The position numbers and the translations under genes were made by a program. Below, piece after piece: positions 37,101 to 45,908 of a DNA stretch of 64,000 nt. The notes under the pieces were generated by a model that saw nothing but the letters and a program-made list of their open reading frames with translations, was not told the DNA's origin and searched no databases. The stretch is from an uncultured bacterium (lineage in GTDB: Bacteria > Bacteroidota > Bacteroidia > Bacteroidales > CAIWKO01): positions 2,608-66,607 of the forward strand of contig CAIOYH010000217.1 in assembly GCA_903862465.1 (NCBI GenBank), in the 5' to 3' direction. Position 1 is the first letter of the stretch, and every line of letters starts with the position of its first letter.

Positions 37101-37632
37101 CAAAATGGACGAAATCAATAAGGATAAAATGTTGATCTATGCCGAAAAATCTATGGGGAATGGCAAGGTGGATACGATCAGCGACGTGATTTATGTGGAT
37201 ATTGATGTTTTCGACAAATCGAAGACCGAAGAGATGGCTAAAGAGATTGATGAACTCAATTCCTATATGGTGAAACAAAACAAACATTACATACTTATTG
37301 GTCCCGGACGTTGGGGAACACGCGACAAATGGATAGGCATACCGGTATATTGGCCCCAAATATCCAATGCACGTTTTATCATTGAAACGAGTTTGGAAGA
37401 TTTTCCATTAGATGCATCTTCGGGTTCCCATTTCTTTCATAACGTTACGTCAATGAACATTGGGTATTTTTCGGTACAACCCGAAATTAGCGATAGCTTC
37501 ATTTCGTGGGATGTGTTGAATGCGCAAACCCTACTCAAGCAAACAAAGTATTTTAAACATGTTGCATTCGAAAAGCCTTTGACCGTAAGGATGGATGGTA
37601 AAAAGCGGATTACAGTTATTTCGTATGAATAA
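34174..37632 (+). CDS. Multidomain sensor protein: GAF-like N-terminal domain, two receiver-like domains and a C-terminal PEP/pyruvate-binding (PPDK_N ATP-grasp) domain
   Basis: KVREILIVANLYD and VKVILLVEDSAIYYS are REC-like beta1 strands. SLGGKGRGVSFIN and AVRSSGLFEDS match PPDK_N/PEP synthase nucleotide-binding motifs. I prefer the ATG at 34174 over the GTG at 34105. Confidence 0.7.
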   Translation: MSNIIDNQKELQKLVAENTERLKELACINFTTQVIREGRPIDESLQKICSKLPNAWQYPEFTVARIIYDDLVFATKDFEVTEWKQSQTFSTIDDKKGCVEIYYTKEFPICNEGPFLKEERNLIENISNLIVGHINSLLAKLIINKTKAGESPSDDKTGQNQNNISGRQLLQRFLNKQNYQRDVFHDLMPFKVREILIVANLYDAYNIEKEGRFVEHFLGEYHQLNLTSMPRVTGVSSSEEVFSQLRSKHFDLVIFMVGVDRNVPIEISQEIKDSFPYIPIFLLLNNSSDVEYFEKKKLTYKSINNIFVWNGDPKVFFAMVKHLEDKVNVDNDTKLGFVKVILLVEDSAIYYSRYLPLLYTNVLLQTQRIIEDVSSDELLKVLRLRARPKILLASNYEEAIQIFNNYKEFMLCLITDVKYNKDGIEDENAGVHLVEYVRSQIKDIPIVLQSSDKENANKAYELKTIFIDKNSATLLQDVQSFITHYLGFGNFIYKNADGKQIAVARSLKEFENYLKIIPDDSLIYHAKRDHFSLWFMARGEVQLARYISTYKIDDFKTTKDLRDFLLHSIEMHRNEQNKGKVISFEEVDNLEESSIISLASGSLGGKGRGVSFINTLIYHFDFHHLIPNINIRCPKTLIIGTDEFEYFLDRNKLRAIINDGTDYETLKEHFVKGTLTEGLIKRLRKVLKLIRNPLAVRSSGLFEDSLKQPFAGIFETYLLPNSHPDIDVCLTQLMTAIKLVFASVYSKVARGYVEAINYNIEDEKMAIVLQEVVGNRYDDCFYPHISGVAQSYNYYPFGHMKPEEGVAVAAVGLGTYVVDGEKAYRFSPKYPTTENYTPKDLYKNSQLHFYAVDLSNKDVNLMEGEEAGLIKQDIDIAEAQGTLRHCASVFDAPNERIIPGLTHPGPRIVNFANILKYNYTPLAETIQVVLDIVKEALGTPVEIEFAVDLNKDSQNRASFYLLQIKPLLGNSTDYEIKMDEINKDKMLIYAEKSMGNGKVDTISDVIYVDIDVFDKSKTEEMAKEIDELNSYMVKQNKHYILIGPGRWGTRDKWIGIPVYWPQISNARFIIETSLEDFPLDASSGSHFFHNVTSMNIGYFSVQPEISDSFISWDVLNAQTLLKQTKYFKHVAFEKPLTVRMDGKKRITVISYE

Positions 37633-37734
37633 ATAATGGTATTACTCAACGTAACAAAAAGAAAGCGTCATTCGTAAATGCCTTCACAAGTTCATTAGTC
37701 TTAATGCAATTTGAGAACTTAATTTTATCCAAAT

Positions 37735-38244
37735 ATGGGAAGAAACGATAATATCAAACGAGCAAAAAAGCTAAAGGAAGCTAAGCGTAAGCGAGAGCAA
37801 GAAGCCATGATTGACTCTGGGCAAGGACCTGCACAGAGTGAAATAAAGAAAAGAGTTACCTCACAAGGTGCTGAAGTAAGATTAAATAAAAGTCCTGTCA
37901 AATATTCTAATTTGCTTAAAGATTTTGCTGAGCCATTTTTAGAAAAGGAAGATTCAATAAACGACCTGAAAACAAAACTCTTTTTTGGTATCCATGTGTG
38001 GAATGCAGCTATCATGAAAGAAAGAAATAATGAAGTCTATTTAAAACTTAGACATGACACATTGTCAGTTCTAAGAGATATCCAAGAAGGCGAAAAGGTT
38101 TTTGATAATATGGTGAAGCGCAAAGAAGATAAATTTGCAGAATATAAAAATTTTATTGTTGACTTCGAAATTAAGAAAATGAAAGGCGTGGATTATGAAT
38201 TGTCTGTTGCCACCTCTTCATATTTTAGAGAAGAAAAGATTTAA
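37735..38244 (+). CDS. Hypothetical protein with a basic N-terminus
   Basis: 169-aa ORF with no recognisable motifs. Confidence 0.45.
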   Translation: MGRNDNIKRAKKLKEAKRKREQEAMIDSGQGPAQSEIKKRVTSQGAEVRLNKSPVKYSNLLKDFAEPFLEKEDSINDLKTKLFFGIHVWNAAIMKERNNEVYLKLRHDTLSVLRDIQEGEKVFDNMVKRKEDKFAEYKNFIVDFEIKKMKGVDYELSVATSSYFREEKI

Positions 38245-39258
38245 TAATCAAAACACAAACACTATTAAAGGTAAAGTTTCATACCTTTATATTGAATCAA
38301 AGTATGAACTGACAAATTGAAATCTCGATTTTAAAAGAACATTAAATCAAAGATTTATAACATTTTAAAACGATCCACTAGAATAGTATTCAATCAAAAC
38401 AAAATATTTTTATTAGCTACTAAAAAGATGAACAAATATGGCATAAAATTTGTTATGGGCTTTGAGAAATAATAATATGACAATTTTTCATGTTTTGTAT
38501 GTCCTGCTTGTTTCTAATAGAAAAATTGACATAAATATATAGGCATGATAAAAAATATTTGAAAAAACTACTAATATTTATTACTTTTGTACGTTTATTA
38601 TCTTGGCTGATAAAATTTGAATAGAGTACGTTAGGATAGTTTGCAAAAAAGAAGAATTTTTTAAGGTGATGTATTCAACAAAATATAAATCGGCTTATTA
38701 TTAATAAATTGGTTTTGAGCAACATTAACTTGACACTAAAAATGAACAAATTGAGAACAAATTTATAGATGATTTATTATAGAATTTTTTAATGCTATTA
38801 GGATTGACTCACATATTACCATTGTTTCTCAGAGCGATAAGCCCTGTGATTGGATTCTATTTGCTGTCTATTGTTCCTATTACTTTAGAGCCTGACTTTT
38901 CTTATTTTAATTCAAAAGTAAGACAATCTTCTTATTTGTTTTCATATACACGATTGTTCAGTCCTGAGCTGAATAAAGAATTTGCGGATTATTCTGAAGA
39001 GCGCACGCGTCGTGTGCCTGTTGGTTTAACTACGGTTGGCAACAAATTAAGTAATTCGGAGTTATTCTATTTTATAACGAATGCGGAATCCACAGTATGT
39101 AAACACAGCGGTGCATTATATGTGGGTGCCAAAATTCTTTTATGGTTATATGCTGTACATTGAATTTAGAATAATGCCATCAAAGAAGAAATTTATTTTA
39201 TCGACAAACAATAACAAAACAAATTTTAATCATTAAACCTTAAATCAATAATAAAACC

Positions 39259-40068
39259 ATGAAAAATTTAAAATTATTTTTAGTAGCAGTAATGCTTATG
39301 ACTGGATTTTCAGTTTTAGCACAAGTAAAAACTCCAAAAGATTTATATCCAAATCCAATGGGAAATCTTCGTTTCATTTCACCTCAAGTGAATTTGCAGA
39401 ATGTAAATAACACGGACACCAAAACAGATACATTGAAAATGTACAATGATTGGAACAAGAATATGACTTTTACATTTTCTAAATTGCCTGACTATATTAC
39501 CGTAAAAGCAGTTCCTGAAAGCTTGAAACCAGGTCAAAAAGGATACGTTCTAGTTACGTATAATGCACAAAAACGTAATGATTATGGATATATGTATGAC
39601 AGATTTACCATTCAAACCAACGATAGCTTGCAACCAGAAAAGACTGTAACAATTTCAGTGAACATTGTTGAAGATTTCTCAAAATTAACTCCGGAACAAT
39701 TACTGAATGCACCTAAAATTAAATTCGAAAATCCTACTTATGATTTCGGAACCATTAAACAAGGTGACAAAGCTGAATATGATTTCGTATTCACCAATGT
39801 TGGCAAAAGCGAATTAATCATCAGAAAAACTAAAGGTTCATGCGGATGTACTGTAGGAACTCCTGAAAAATCTAATTTGATGCCGGGCGAAAGCAGCAAA
39901 ATGCACGTAACCTTTAATTCAGCAGGAAAATCTGGTGAACAAAGCAAAACTGTGACCGTTACTTGTAATGATCCTTCAAACGCCGCAGCGATGGTTACCA
40001 TCAAAGGAAAAGTTGAAGTACCAGCGCCTACACAGGAAGGAACACCAACACCTACTCCAACTCATTAA
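39259..40068 (+). CDS. DUF1573 domain-containing secreted protein
   Basis: Signal peptide MKNLKLFLVAVMLMTGFSVLAQ, and the DUF1573 pattern YDFGTIKQGDKAEYDFVFTNVGKSELIIRKTKGSCGCT. Confidence 0.8.
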   Translation: MKNLKLFLVAVMLMTGFSVLAQVKTPKDLYPNPMGNLRFISPQVNLQNVNNTDTKTDTLKMYNDWNKNMTFTFSKLPDYITVKAVPESLKPGQKGYVLVTYNAQKRNDYGYMYDRFTIQTNDSLQPEKTVTISVNIVEDFSKLTPEQLLNAPKIKFENPTYDFGTIKQGDKAEYDFVFTNVGKSELIIRKTKGSCGCTVGTPEKSNLMPGESSKMHVTFNSAGKSGEQSKTVTVTCNDPSNAAAMVTIKGKVEVPAPTQEGTPTPTPTH

Positions 40069-40086
40069 TATTTTAATCAAAAAAAA

Positions 40087-40116
40087 AGTCCTGCTTCAAG
40101 CGGGACTTTTTTTTTG
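40087..40116 (+). terminator. Rho-independent terminator
   Basis: AGTCCTGC-TTCAA-GCGGGACT hairpin followed by a T-run. An A-run on the other side could make it bidirectional. Confidence 0.75.
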
Positions 40117-40274
40117 CTTATTCTTTTCTACTTTGCGATAGACCTATTAAAAGTATGTTGCTAATTCCTATCCATTCTAAAGGCTCCATTCAATAGTCGC
40201 ACAAGGGATACATGATTCGCTTGCTTGGATAATCACACACTATCCGTTTCGTATATAGTATTCTCTTCTACACC

Positions 40275-40306
40275 ATAAAAAAAGCCGTCCTAATTTAGAA
40301 CGGCTT
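40275..40306 (-). terminator. Rho-independent terminator of ppdK
   Basis: AAGCCGT(40282-40288)/ACGGCTT(40300-40306) stem with a minus-strand T-run. Confidence 0.7.
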
Positions 40307-40327
40307 TCTTCATGTATTCAAACTAAT

Positions 40328-43108
40328 TTATTTTTTCTTCACTACTTTCTTTGCTTTTGCAGCAGGTTTCTTAGCAGCAGGAGCAGTCTTTTTACCTTTG
40401 ATTGCGGCTTGAGCAGCAGCCAAACGAGCTATTGGCACGCGGAAAGGCGAACAGCTTACATAACTAAGTCCTGTCTTGTAACAGAATTCCACTGAAGCAG
40501 GGTCGCCGCCTTGTTCGCCGCAAATACCAACTTTGAGGTCTTTGCGCGTGGCGCGTCCTTTTGCAACAGCCATTTCTATCAATTGACCTGTTCCGTCTTG
40601 ATCTATGGTTTGGAACGGATCAGCAGCTAAGATTTTCTGATCGAGATATTCGTTCATGAATCCACCTATATCGTCGCGGCTAAAGCCAAAGGTCATCTGC
40701 GTTAAATCGTTGGTGCCAAATGAAAAGAACTGCGCTGTTTTTGCCATACGGTCGGCTAACAAACATGCACGTGGAATCTCAATCATCGTACCATACAAAT
40801 AATCTATAGCTTTCACCTTGAATTTCTCACAAACTTCAGCGTAAACCTTGTCGGCTACCTTTTTGGTAACATCCAATTCGCCTACTTCGCAGGTAACAGG
40901 AATCATAATCTCTGGTTTGGGATGATGACCTTCGTTGAGAAGCTCCACAGCCGATTCGAAGATAGCGCGGAATTGCATCTCCGAAACCTCAGGATAGGTA
41001 ACACTCAAACGAACGCCACGATGTCCCATCATAGGGTTGTTTTCGTGCAATGCTTCGCCACGTTTTGCAACGGCAGCCACATCAATCTTAAGCTCTTTGG
41101 CTAACTCCGCTTGCTTTTCAGGACTCTGAGGAACAAATTCGTGCAAAGGAGGATCCAAAAGGCGGAAGGTTACGGGTAGCGTGTCCATAGCCAACAAAGT
41201 AGCTTTAATATCTTTCTTCACATAAGGATACAACTCGTTCAGAGCTTTTTTACGTTCTTCCAAAGTATTACTCAAAATCATCTTACGCAATGCCAACAAA
41301 GGCTTTTCGGAACCAACACCATAGAACATGTGTTCGGTGCGGAACAAGCCGATTCCCTCTGCGCCATAATCGCGTGCAATCTTAGCATCTTCAGGTGTTT
41401 CTGCGTTGGTGCGAACTCCCATGGTGCGGAATTTGTCAACGATTTTCATATAAGCTTTGAAACGTGGATTCTCAGAAGCATCCATCAGCTTCAAGCCCGT
41501 TTGATACACGAAGCCTTTGGTTCCGTTCATAGTAACAACATCTCCTTCTTTCAACACGATGTTCGTGCCTTCAACCTTAGCGGTTTTAGAAACAGGGTCA
41601 ACGTGAAGTTTGCCGGCACCAACGATGCAGCATTTTCCCCATCCACGTGCCACCAAAGCAGCATGAGATGTCATCCCGCCGCGAGCCGTCAAAATACCTA
41701 CAGCAGCGCGCATACCTTCAACATCTTCAGGATTGGTTTCCTCACGGATGAGTATCACCGTCTTTCCTTGACGTTCCCAAGCTACGGCATCTTCAGCAGT
41801 AAACACCAACTGACCTACAGCAGCACCCGGACCGGCTGGCAAACCTTTCACCAACACTGACACCTTCTTCTCTTCGGCAGGGTCGCAAATCGGATGCAAG
41901 AGTTCGTCCAACTGAGCAGGTTCAACGCGCATCACGGCGGTTTTTTCGTCTATCAGTTTTTCTTTCAACATATCCATAGCCATGTTCAACGCAGCGGTTC
42001 CTGTACGTTTTCCGGCACGACATTGTAACATATAGAGTTTCTTCTCTTGTATGGTGAACTCAATGTCGAGCATATCTTTATAATTCTTTTCTAAAATCAA
42101 ACGAATTTTGTCAAGCTCGACATACGTCTTTGGCATTTGCTCTTGCATGCTCATCAGATGTTTGTTTTGGTCGTTCTTGGTATCGTTGTTCAATGGGCTG
42201 GGGGTGCGAATTCCGGCAACCACATCTTCGCCTTGCGCATTGATGAGCCATTCACCATAAAATAAATTCTCACCTGTTGCCGGGTTACGCGTAAACGCAA
42301 CGCCTGTAGCCGAGGTGTCGCCCATATTGCCAAACACCATCGCTTGAACATTCACCGCAGTACCCCATTCATCAGGAATACCTTCAATGCGACGATAAGA
42401 AATTGCTTTCTTGCCATTCCAGCTTTTGAAAACAGCCTTGATACCTCCAAACAATTGTTCTTTTGCATCATCGGGAAACGCTTTGCCTATCTCTTGCTTG
42501 ATTCTTTTTTTGAATTCATCTGCCAAAAACTTCAAATCGTCGGCGCTGAGTTCAGTATCTTCCTTAACTTTTTTAGATTTCTTATACGCATCCAACATAT
42601 CGTCCAATTTCTTGCGGATGTTCAAGTCAAGCCCTTCAGCTTTGTCCATAACCACATCAGCATACATCATAATCAACCTACGATAGGAATCCCACACAAA
42701 GCGCGGGTTGTTGGTTTTTTTGATTAATCCCGGAATCGTGGCAGTGCACAATCCAACGTTCAAAACCGTGTCCATCATGCCTGGCATAGACGAACGAGCG
42801 CCCGAACGACAAGACAGTAGCAATGGATTCGTAGCATCGCCATATTTCATAGCCATCTCCGATTCCACCATTTTCATTCCATTCCAAACTTCATCGAACA
42901 ATGATTTTGGCAATTCGCAATTGTTTGCGTAATAAGCAGTACAACATTCTGTAGTAATGGTCAATCCGGCTGGAACGGGCAACCCAAGGTTCACCATTTC
43001 AGCCAAGTTAGCTCCTTTACCACCCAGCAGGTTTTTCATATCTGCCTTTCCATCGGCTTTTTTACCACCGAAATAATAAACGTACTTTGTTGTGTTTTCT
43101 TTCGACAT
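40328..43108 (-). CDS. ppdK: Pyruvate, phosphate dikinase, with a Lys/Ala/Pro-rich C-terminal tail
   Basis: GGKGANLAEM, the phospho-His region GGMTSHAALVARG, and the C-terminal PEP-utilizer TIM motifs FFSFGTNDLTQ and CGEQGGDP. The last ~27 aa are KGKKTAPAAKKPAAKAKKVVKKK. Confidence 0.95.
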   Translation of the reverse strand: MSKENTTKYVYYFGGKKADGKADMKNLLGGKGANLAEMVNLGLPVPAGLTITTECCTAYYANNCELPKSLFDEVWNGMKMVESEMAMKYGDATNPLLLSCRSGARSSMPGMMDTVLNVGLCTATIPGLIKKTNNPRFVWDSYRRLIMMYADVVMDKAEGLDLNIRKKLDDMLDAYKKSKKVKEDTELSADDLKFLADEFKKRIKQEIGKAFPDDAKEQLFGGIKAVFKSWNGKKAISYRRIEGIPDEWGTAVNVQAMVFGNMGDTSATGVAFTRNPATGENLFYGEWLINAQGEDVVAGIRTPSPLNNDTKNDQNKHLMSMQEQMPKTYVELDKIRLILEKNYKDMLDIEFTIQEKKLYMLQCRAGKRTGTAALNMAMDMLKEKLIDEKTAVMRVEPAQLDELLHPICDPAEEKKVSVLVKGLPAGPGAAVGQLVFTAEDAVAWERQGKTVILIREETNPEDVEGMRAAVGILTARGGMTSHAALVARGWGKCCIVGAGKLHVDPVSKTAKVEGTNIVLKEGDVVTMNGTKGFVYQTGLKLMDASENPRFKAYMKIVDKFRTMGVRTNAETPEDAKIARDYGAEGIGLFRTEHMFYGVGSEKPLLALRKMILSNTLEERKKALNELYPYVKKDIKATLLAMDTLPVTFRLLDPPLHEFVPQSPEKQAELAKELKIDVAAVAKRGEALHENNPMMGHRGVRLSVTYPEVSEMQFRAIFESAVELLNEGHHPKPEIMIPVTCEVGELDVTKKVADKVYAEVCEKFKVKAIDYLYGTMIEIPRACLLADRMAKTAQFFSFGTNDLTQMTFGFSRDDIGGFMNEYLDQKILAADPFQTIDQDGTGQLIEMAVAKGRATRKDLKVGICGEQGGDPASVEFCYKTGLSYVSCSPFRVPIARLAAAQAAIKGKKTAPAAKKPAAKAKKVVKKK

Positions 43109-43261
43109 TCTTTTATTCCTCCTTTTAATGTGTTTTAGTTAATATTTTTTATTGAAAATGAGGGTGCAAATATAAAACTTTTTCAGTATTCTGAGATGAT
43201 TTTTTTTATTTTTCTGCATGATTTTTTTTAGAGTCGGCTCTATTGTTCGATTGTTGGATTG

Positions 43262-44335
43262 TTATTGCGGTTGATTTGTTTCAGCTTGCGTTTGATTCGA
43301 CGGATGTAACTTTTGATAGGCAAAGATACAGCACGCCTTCACATCAAAATGCCGTTGGATTTGTTGTTTTATCTCGCTGACAACATAAGGTTGAACAAGC
43401 TTCACTTTCTCATAATAATCCATCAGCATTTCTGCGGAAGCGATGCCAAGGAATAGTTTCGAGTCGGTGTTTTCTGCGCTTTGATTCCGCAGATGACTCA
43501 AATAGAGACTACCGTTCAGCGATTGTTGCACGGGTGTTATATGTTCAAGGAGTTTCTCGCTACACAAATCCTTAATCCTTGCCATATTCTCCGGCAGGAA
43601 ATTAATGCCAATCAGCGCTTCCGACAATTCTTTCAAATTAGTTTTGAATGGCAACAGCGCGGGTTGCAAATCATTGCGAGTATATTTTATTTGATTATAA
43701 GATAACCCAATGGCAAGAGGAACTTCCCAAAGAGGGATTTTCATAAAATCACAATTGGTGGGGTCTAGCGCATCGAGCAGGGCAGGGGTGAAGAATTCTT
43801 CTAGTTTCTCATCCAACCCAAATAAATTATCTCTTTCGAGCATCTTTTGATAAATGGGCTGGATGAAAACGTCCTCCTTTTTCGGGTCAGCAATATAATC
43901 AAGGAAAGGAATATGCATTATGCCATCTCCAATAAATGTATTAATTTCCACCAAATTATAATGCTTGATAAATCCCTTATGGTTTTTAATTATACTCTCT
44001 TTCAACATATTGACACCGTTTATGTATTGGATGGTTTCCTTAAGAGCTTGTTTGTTTTTAAACTTAGAATTTTTTACTTTCTGCGTCGCTTTAAGAACAT
44101 TCCCTATATGTTTAATTTTAGCTATATTCGGTTTGTCAAATCTGTAAATTCCAAAATTATAGGCAATTAACTGCTCATTCGATAATCTTTCAACATCAAA
44201 AGTAAATGAGTTAGCCCAAGGAGCATTTGCGCATAAGACAATATCGTCCGCTATAAATATCATGGATTGAATGTCGTTGAATTTGTTTTTGAATTCAATT
44301 TCTGATTCATCGCTATCAAATATACTAATGTTCAT
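43262..44335 (-). CDS. Hypothetical protein
   Basis: Long ORF downstream of the FN3-tail ORF. The listed GTG start at 44431 overlaps the upstream gene by 79 nt, whereas the ATG at 44335 (MNISIFDSDESE) leaves a 17-nt gap, so I prefer it. Confidence 0.5.
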   Translation of the reverse strand: MNISIFDSDESEIEFKNKFNDIQSMIFIADDIVLCANAPWANSFTFDVERLSNEQLIAYNFGIYRFDKPNIAKIKHIGNVLKATQKVKNSKFKNKQALKETIQYINGVNMLKESIIKNHKGFIKHYNLVEINTFIGDGIMHIPFLDYIADPKKEDVFIQPIYQKMLERDNLFGLDEKLEEFFTPALLDALDPTNCDFMKIPLWEVPLAIGLSYNQIKYTRNDLQPALLPFKTNLKELSEALIGINFLPENMARIKDLCSEKLLEHITPVQQSLNGSLYLSHLRNQSAENTDSKLFLGIASAEMLMDYYEKVKLVQPYVVSEIKQQIQRHFDVKACCIFAYQKLHPSNQTQAETNQPQ

Positions 44336-44352
44336 CTTATGCCAAATCAGTA

Positions 44353-45030
44353 TTATGTGATGATAAAACTCAGCGGTATGCTGGGCGGTCCCGATTCTCC
44401 TGAGGGACTTATATACCATGTGATTAGCCACGCTTCTTTGCCCTTATCTTCCGGTTTGAAAATCAATTTGTAAGACACAGAGCCGGTAGTATCTAAGGTA
44501 ATATATTTATCCTGAGTTGGTTCAGGGGCGCCAAAGGCAACTATAGCCATTTTGCGTCCAATTTTCGCCACATCCACCGGGCGCGATTTTGCTGAGTCGT
44601 GCGGCGGATTGGGATTGGAGGTGAAAATCTGCACAACCGATTTACTTCGCGAACTCTCCGAATTGTGAGGTGCGAATTTCGGTGCAGGCACTTTTCTGCG
44701 CCTTGAGGAATCTTTATGAATGTAAAGTGACCCATAATCAGCACCTAACAATTTGACGTCGAGATGCGCTTTCAGTTGCTTTTTCAATCCATTCATTTCG
44801 GGACGAAAAATTTTATACGCTTTTTTAATATTCATTATGGTCGGATTGGTATGCTTTGTGGGGTTTAAATACTCGTCATAGGCGGCGTCAAAATCCGCTT
44901 TATGGGTATCAATTGAAACCACACGGGATTCGGGTATCAAAAGCCGTTCACGTGTACCGGGCGTGTGCAAATAGGGTACGGACACGTCGGTTTCGATTTT
45001 AAAATCCATATATTCCTGACTTAATAACAT
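44353..45030 (-). CDS. Hypothetical protein with an FN3-like C-terminal tail
   Basis: C-terminus KEAWLITWYISPSGESGPPSIPLSFII matches the tail pattern of the ORFs at 8692 and 24554. Confidence 0.5.
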   Translation of the reverse strand: MLLSQEYMDFKIETDVSVPYLHTPGTRERLLIPESRVVSIDTHKADFDAAYDEYLNPTKHTNPTIMNIKKAYKIFRPEMNGLKKQLKAHLDVKLLGADYGSLYIHKDSSRRRKVPAPKFAPHNSESSRSKSVVQIFTSNPNPPHDSAKSRPVDVAKIGRKMAIVAFGAPEPTQDKYITLDTTGSVSYKLIFKPEDKGKEAWLITWYISPSGESGPPSIPLSFIIT

Positions 45031-45224
45031 CGTTTATTTTTCTTTTTTAATTAATAGGATTGAAATACGGTGTAAAATTACTAAGATTTTTTCTAATATA
45101 GATATGTTGTGATTAAATTTATTATTATTATTTTTTGAGATAGAAATTCATGAATTCAAATTAATTGAAAATGAATTAGTTTCGAAATGAAATCAATTTA
45201 AGTTACATTGCGTTGCATGTCAAT

Positions 45225-45520
45225 TCATTTTCATCTGCCTTAAAATATATTGGATTCTATTTAAAAGGAATCCTATTGCGTTTTAATAGAATCCTATTGC
45301 GCTTAAATACAATCCAATTCAGCTTATGCAGAAACCAATTTCGCTTAAACAGGAACAAATTCAACTTAAACAGAAATCAATTCACATTAAAGCGAAACCA
45401 ATTCACATTAAACATAAAACAAATCACATTAAACCGAAATCAATTCACATCAATCCGAAATACATTCACATTAAATCGAAACACATTCAAATTAATCCGA
45501 AACCAATTTAGATAAATCTA
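45225..45520. repeat. Tandem array, about 14 units of 21 bp (right-hand consensus AATCAATTCACATTAAACCGA)
   Basis: (C/A)TTAAA anchors at 45239, 45260, 45281, 45302, 45323, 45344, 45365, 45386, 45407, 45428, 45449, 45470 and 45491. Confidence 0.9.
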
Positions 45521-45760
45521 AAACGAATGGAAGTTATGCTCAAACGAATTGAAAACACATCGTCTTGTTTCTGTTAAAAGCAAAAATAAAAGTATAATAA
45601 GCTTAAAATAAAACAATTCAAAGATTGACCTATTGAATATTTACTTGAGCTGAATGCATATAAGAAAAGGTAAATAGCTTCTGAGCTAAATAAAAATCCA
45701 AGCATTCAACAATAAAACAATTCAACAACAAAACCATTTCACTATATACCCTATCTCATT

Positions 45761-45843
45761 CAATGACCAATAAATGACAATCAAATGACAATCAATGACC
45801 ATAAATGACCATTAATGCCCACCAAATGACAACCCAATGACCA
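45761..45843. repeat. Eight AATGAC(C) motifs phased at 10-11 bp
   Basis: AATGAC/AATGCC at 45762, 45773, 45784, 45794, 45804, 45814, 45825 and 45836. This is the same word as the 60-kb array. Confidence 0.8.
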
Positions 45844-45855
45844 TCCTTAGGAGCC

Positions 45856-45886
45856 AAAAAAAAGCCGCCCACAACGTGAACGGCTT
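45856..45886 (-). terminator. Rho-independent terminator of the DUF4476 gene
   Basis: AAGCCG/CGGCTT stem with a minus-strand T-run, 23 nt after the stop. Confidence 0.6.
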
Positions 45887-45908
45887 TCCCTAGATTCGTT
45901 TCGGAAGC

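Noticed and set aside
38792-39163. 123-aa ORF in the 1-kb gap
   Set aside because: It has no motifs, an unusual hydrophobic/aromatic composition and no obvious start context. I keep it only as a possibility within the gap finding.
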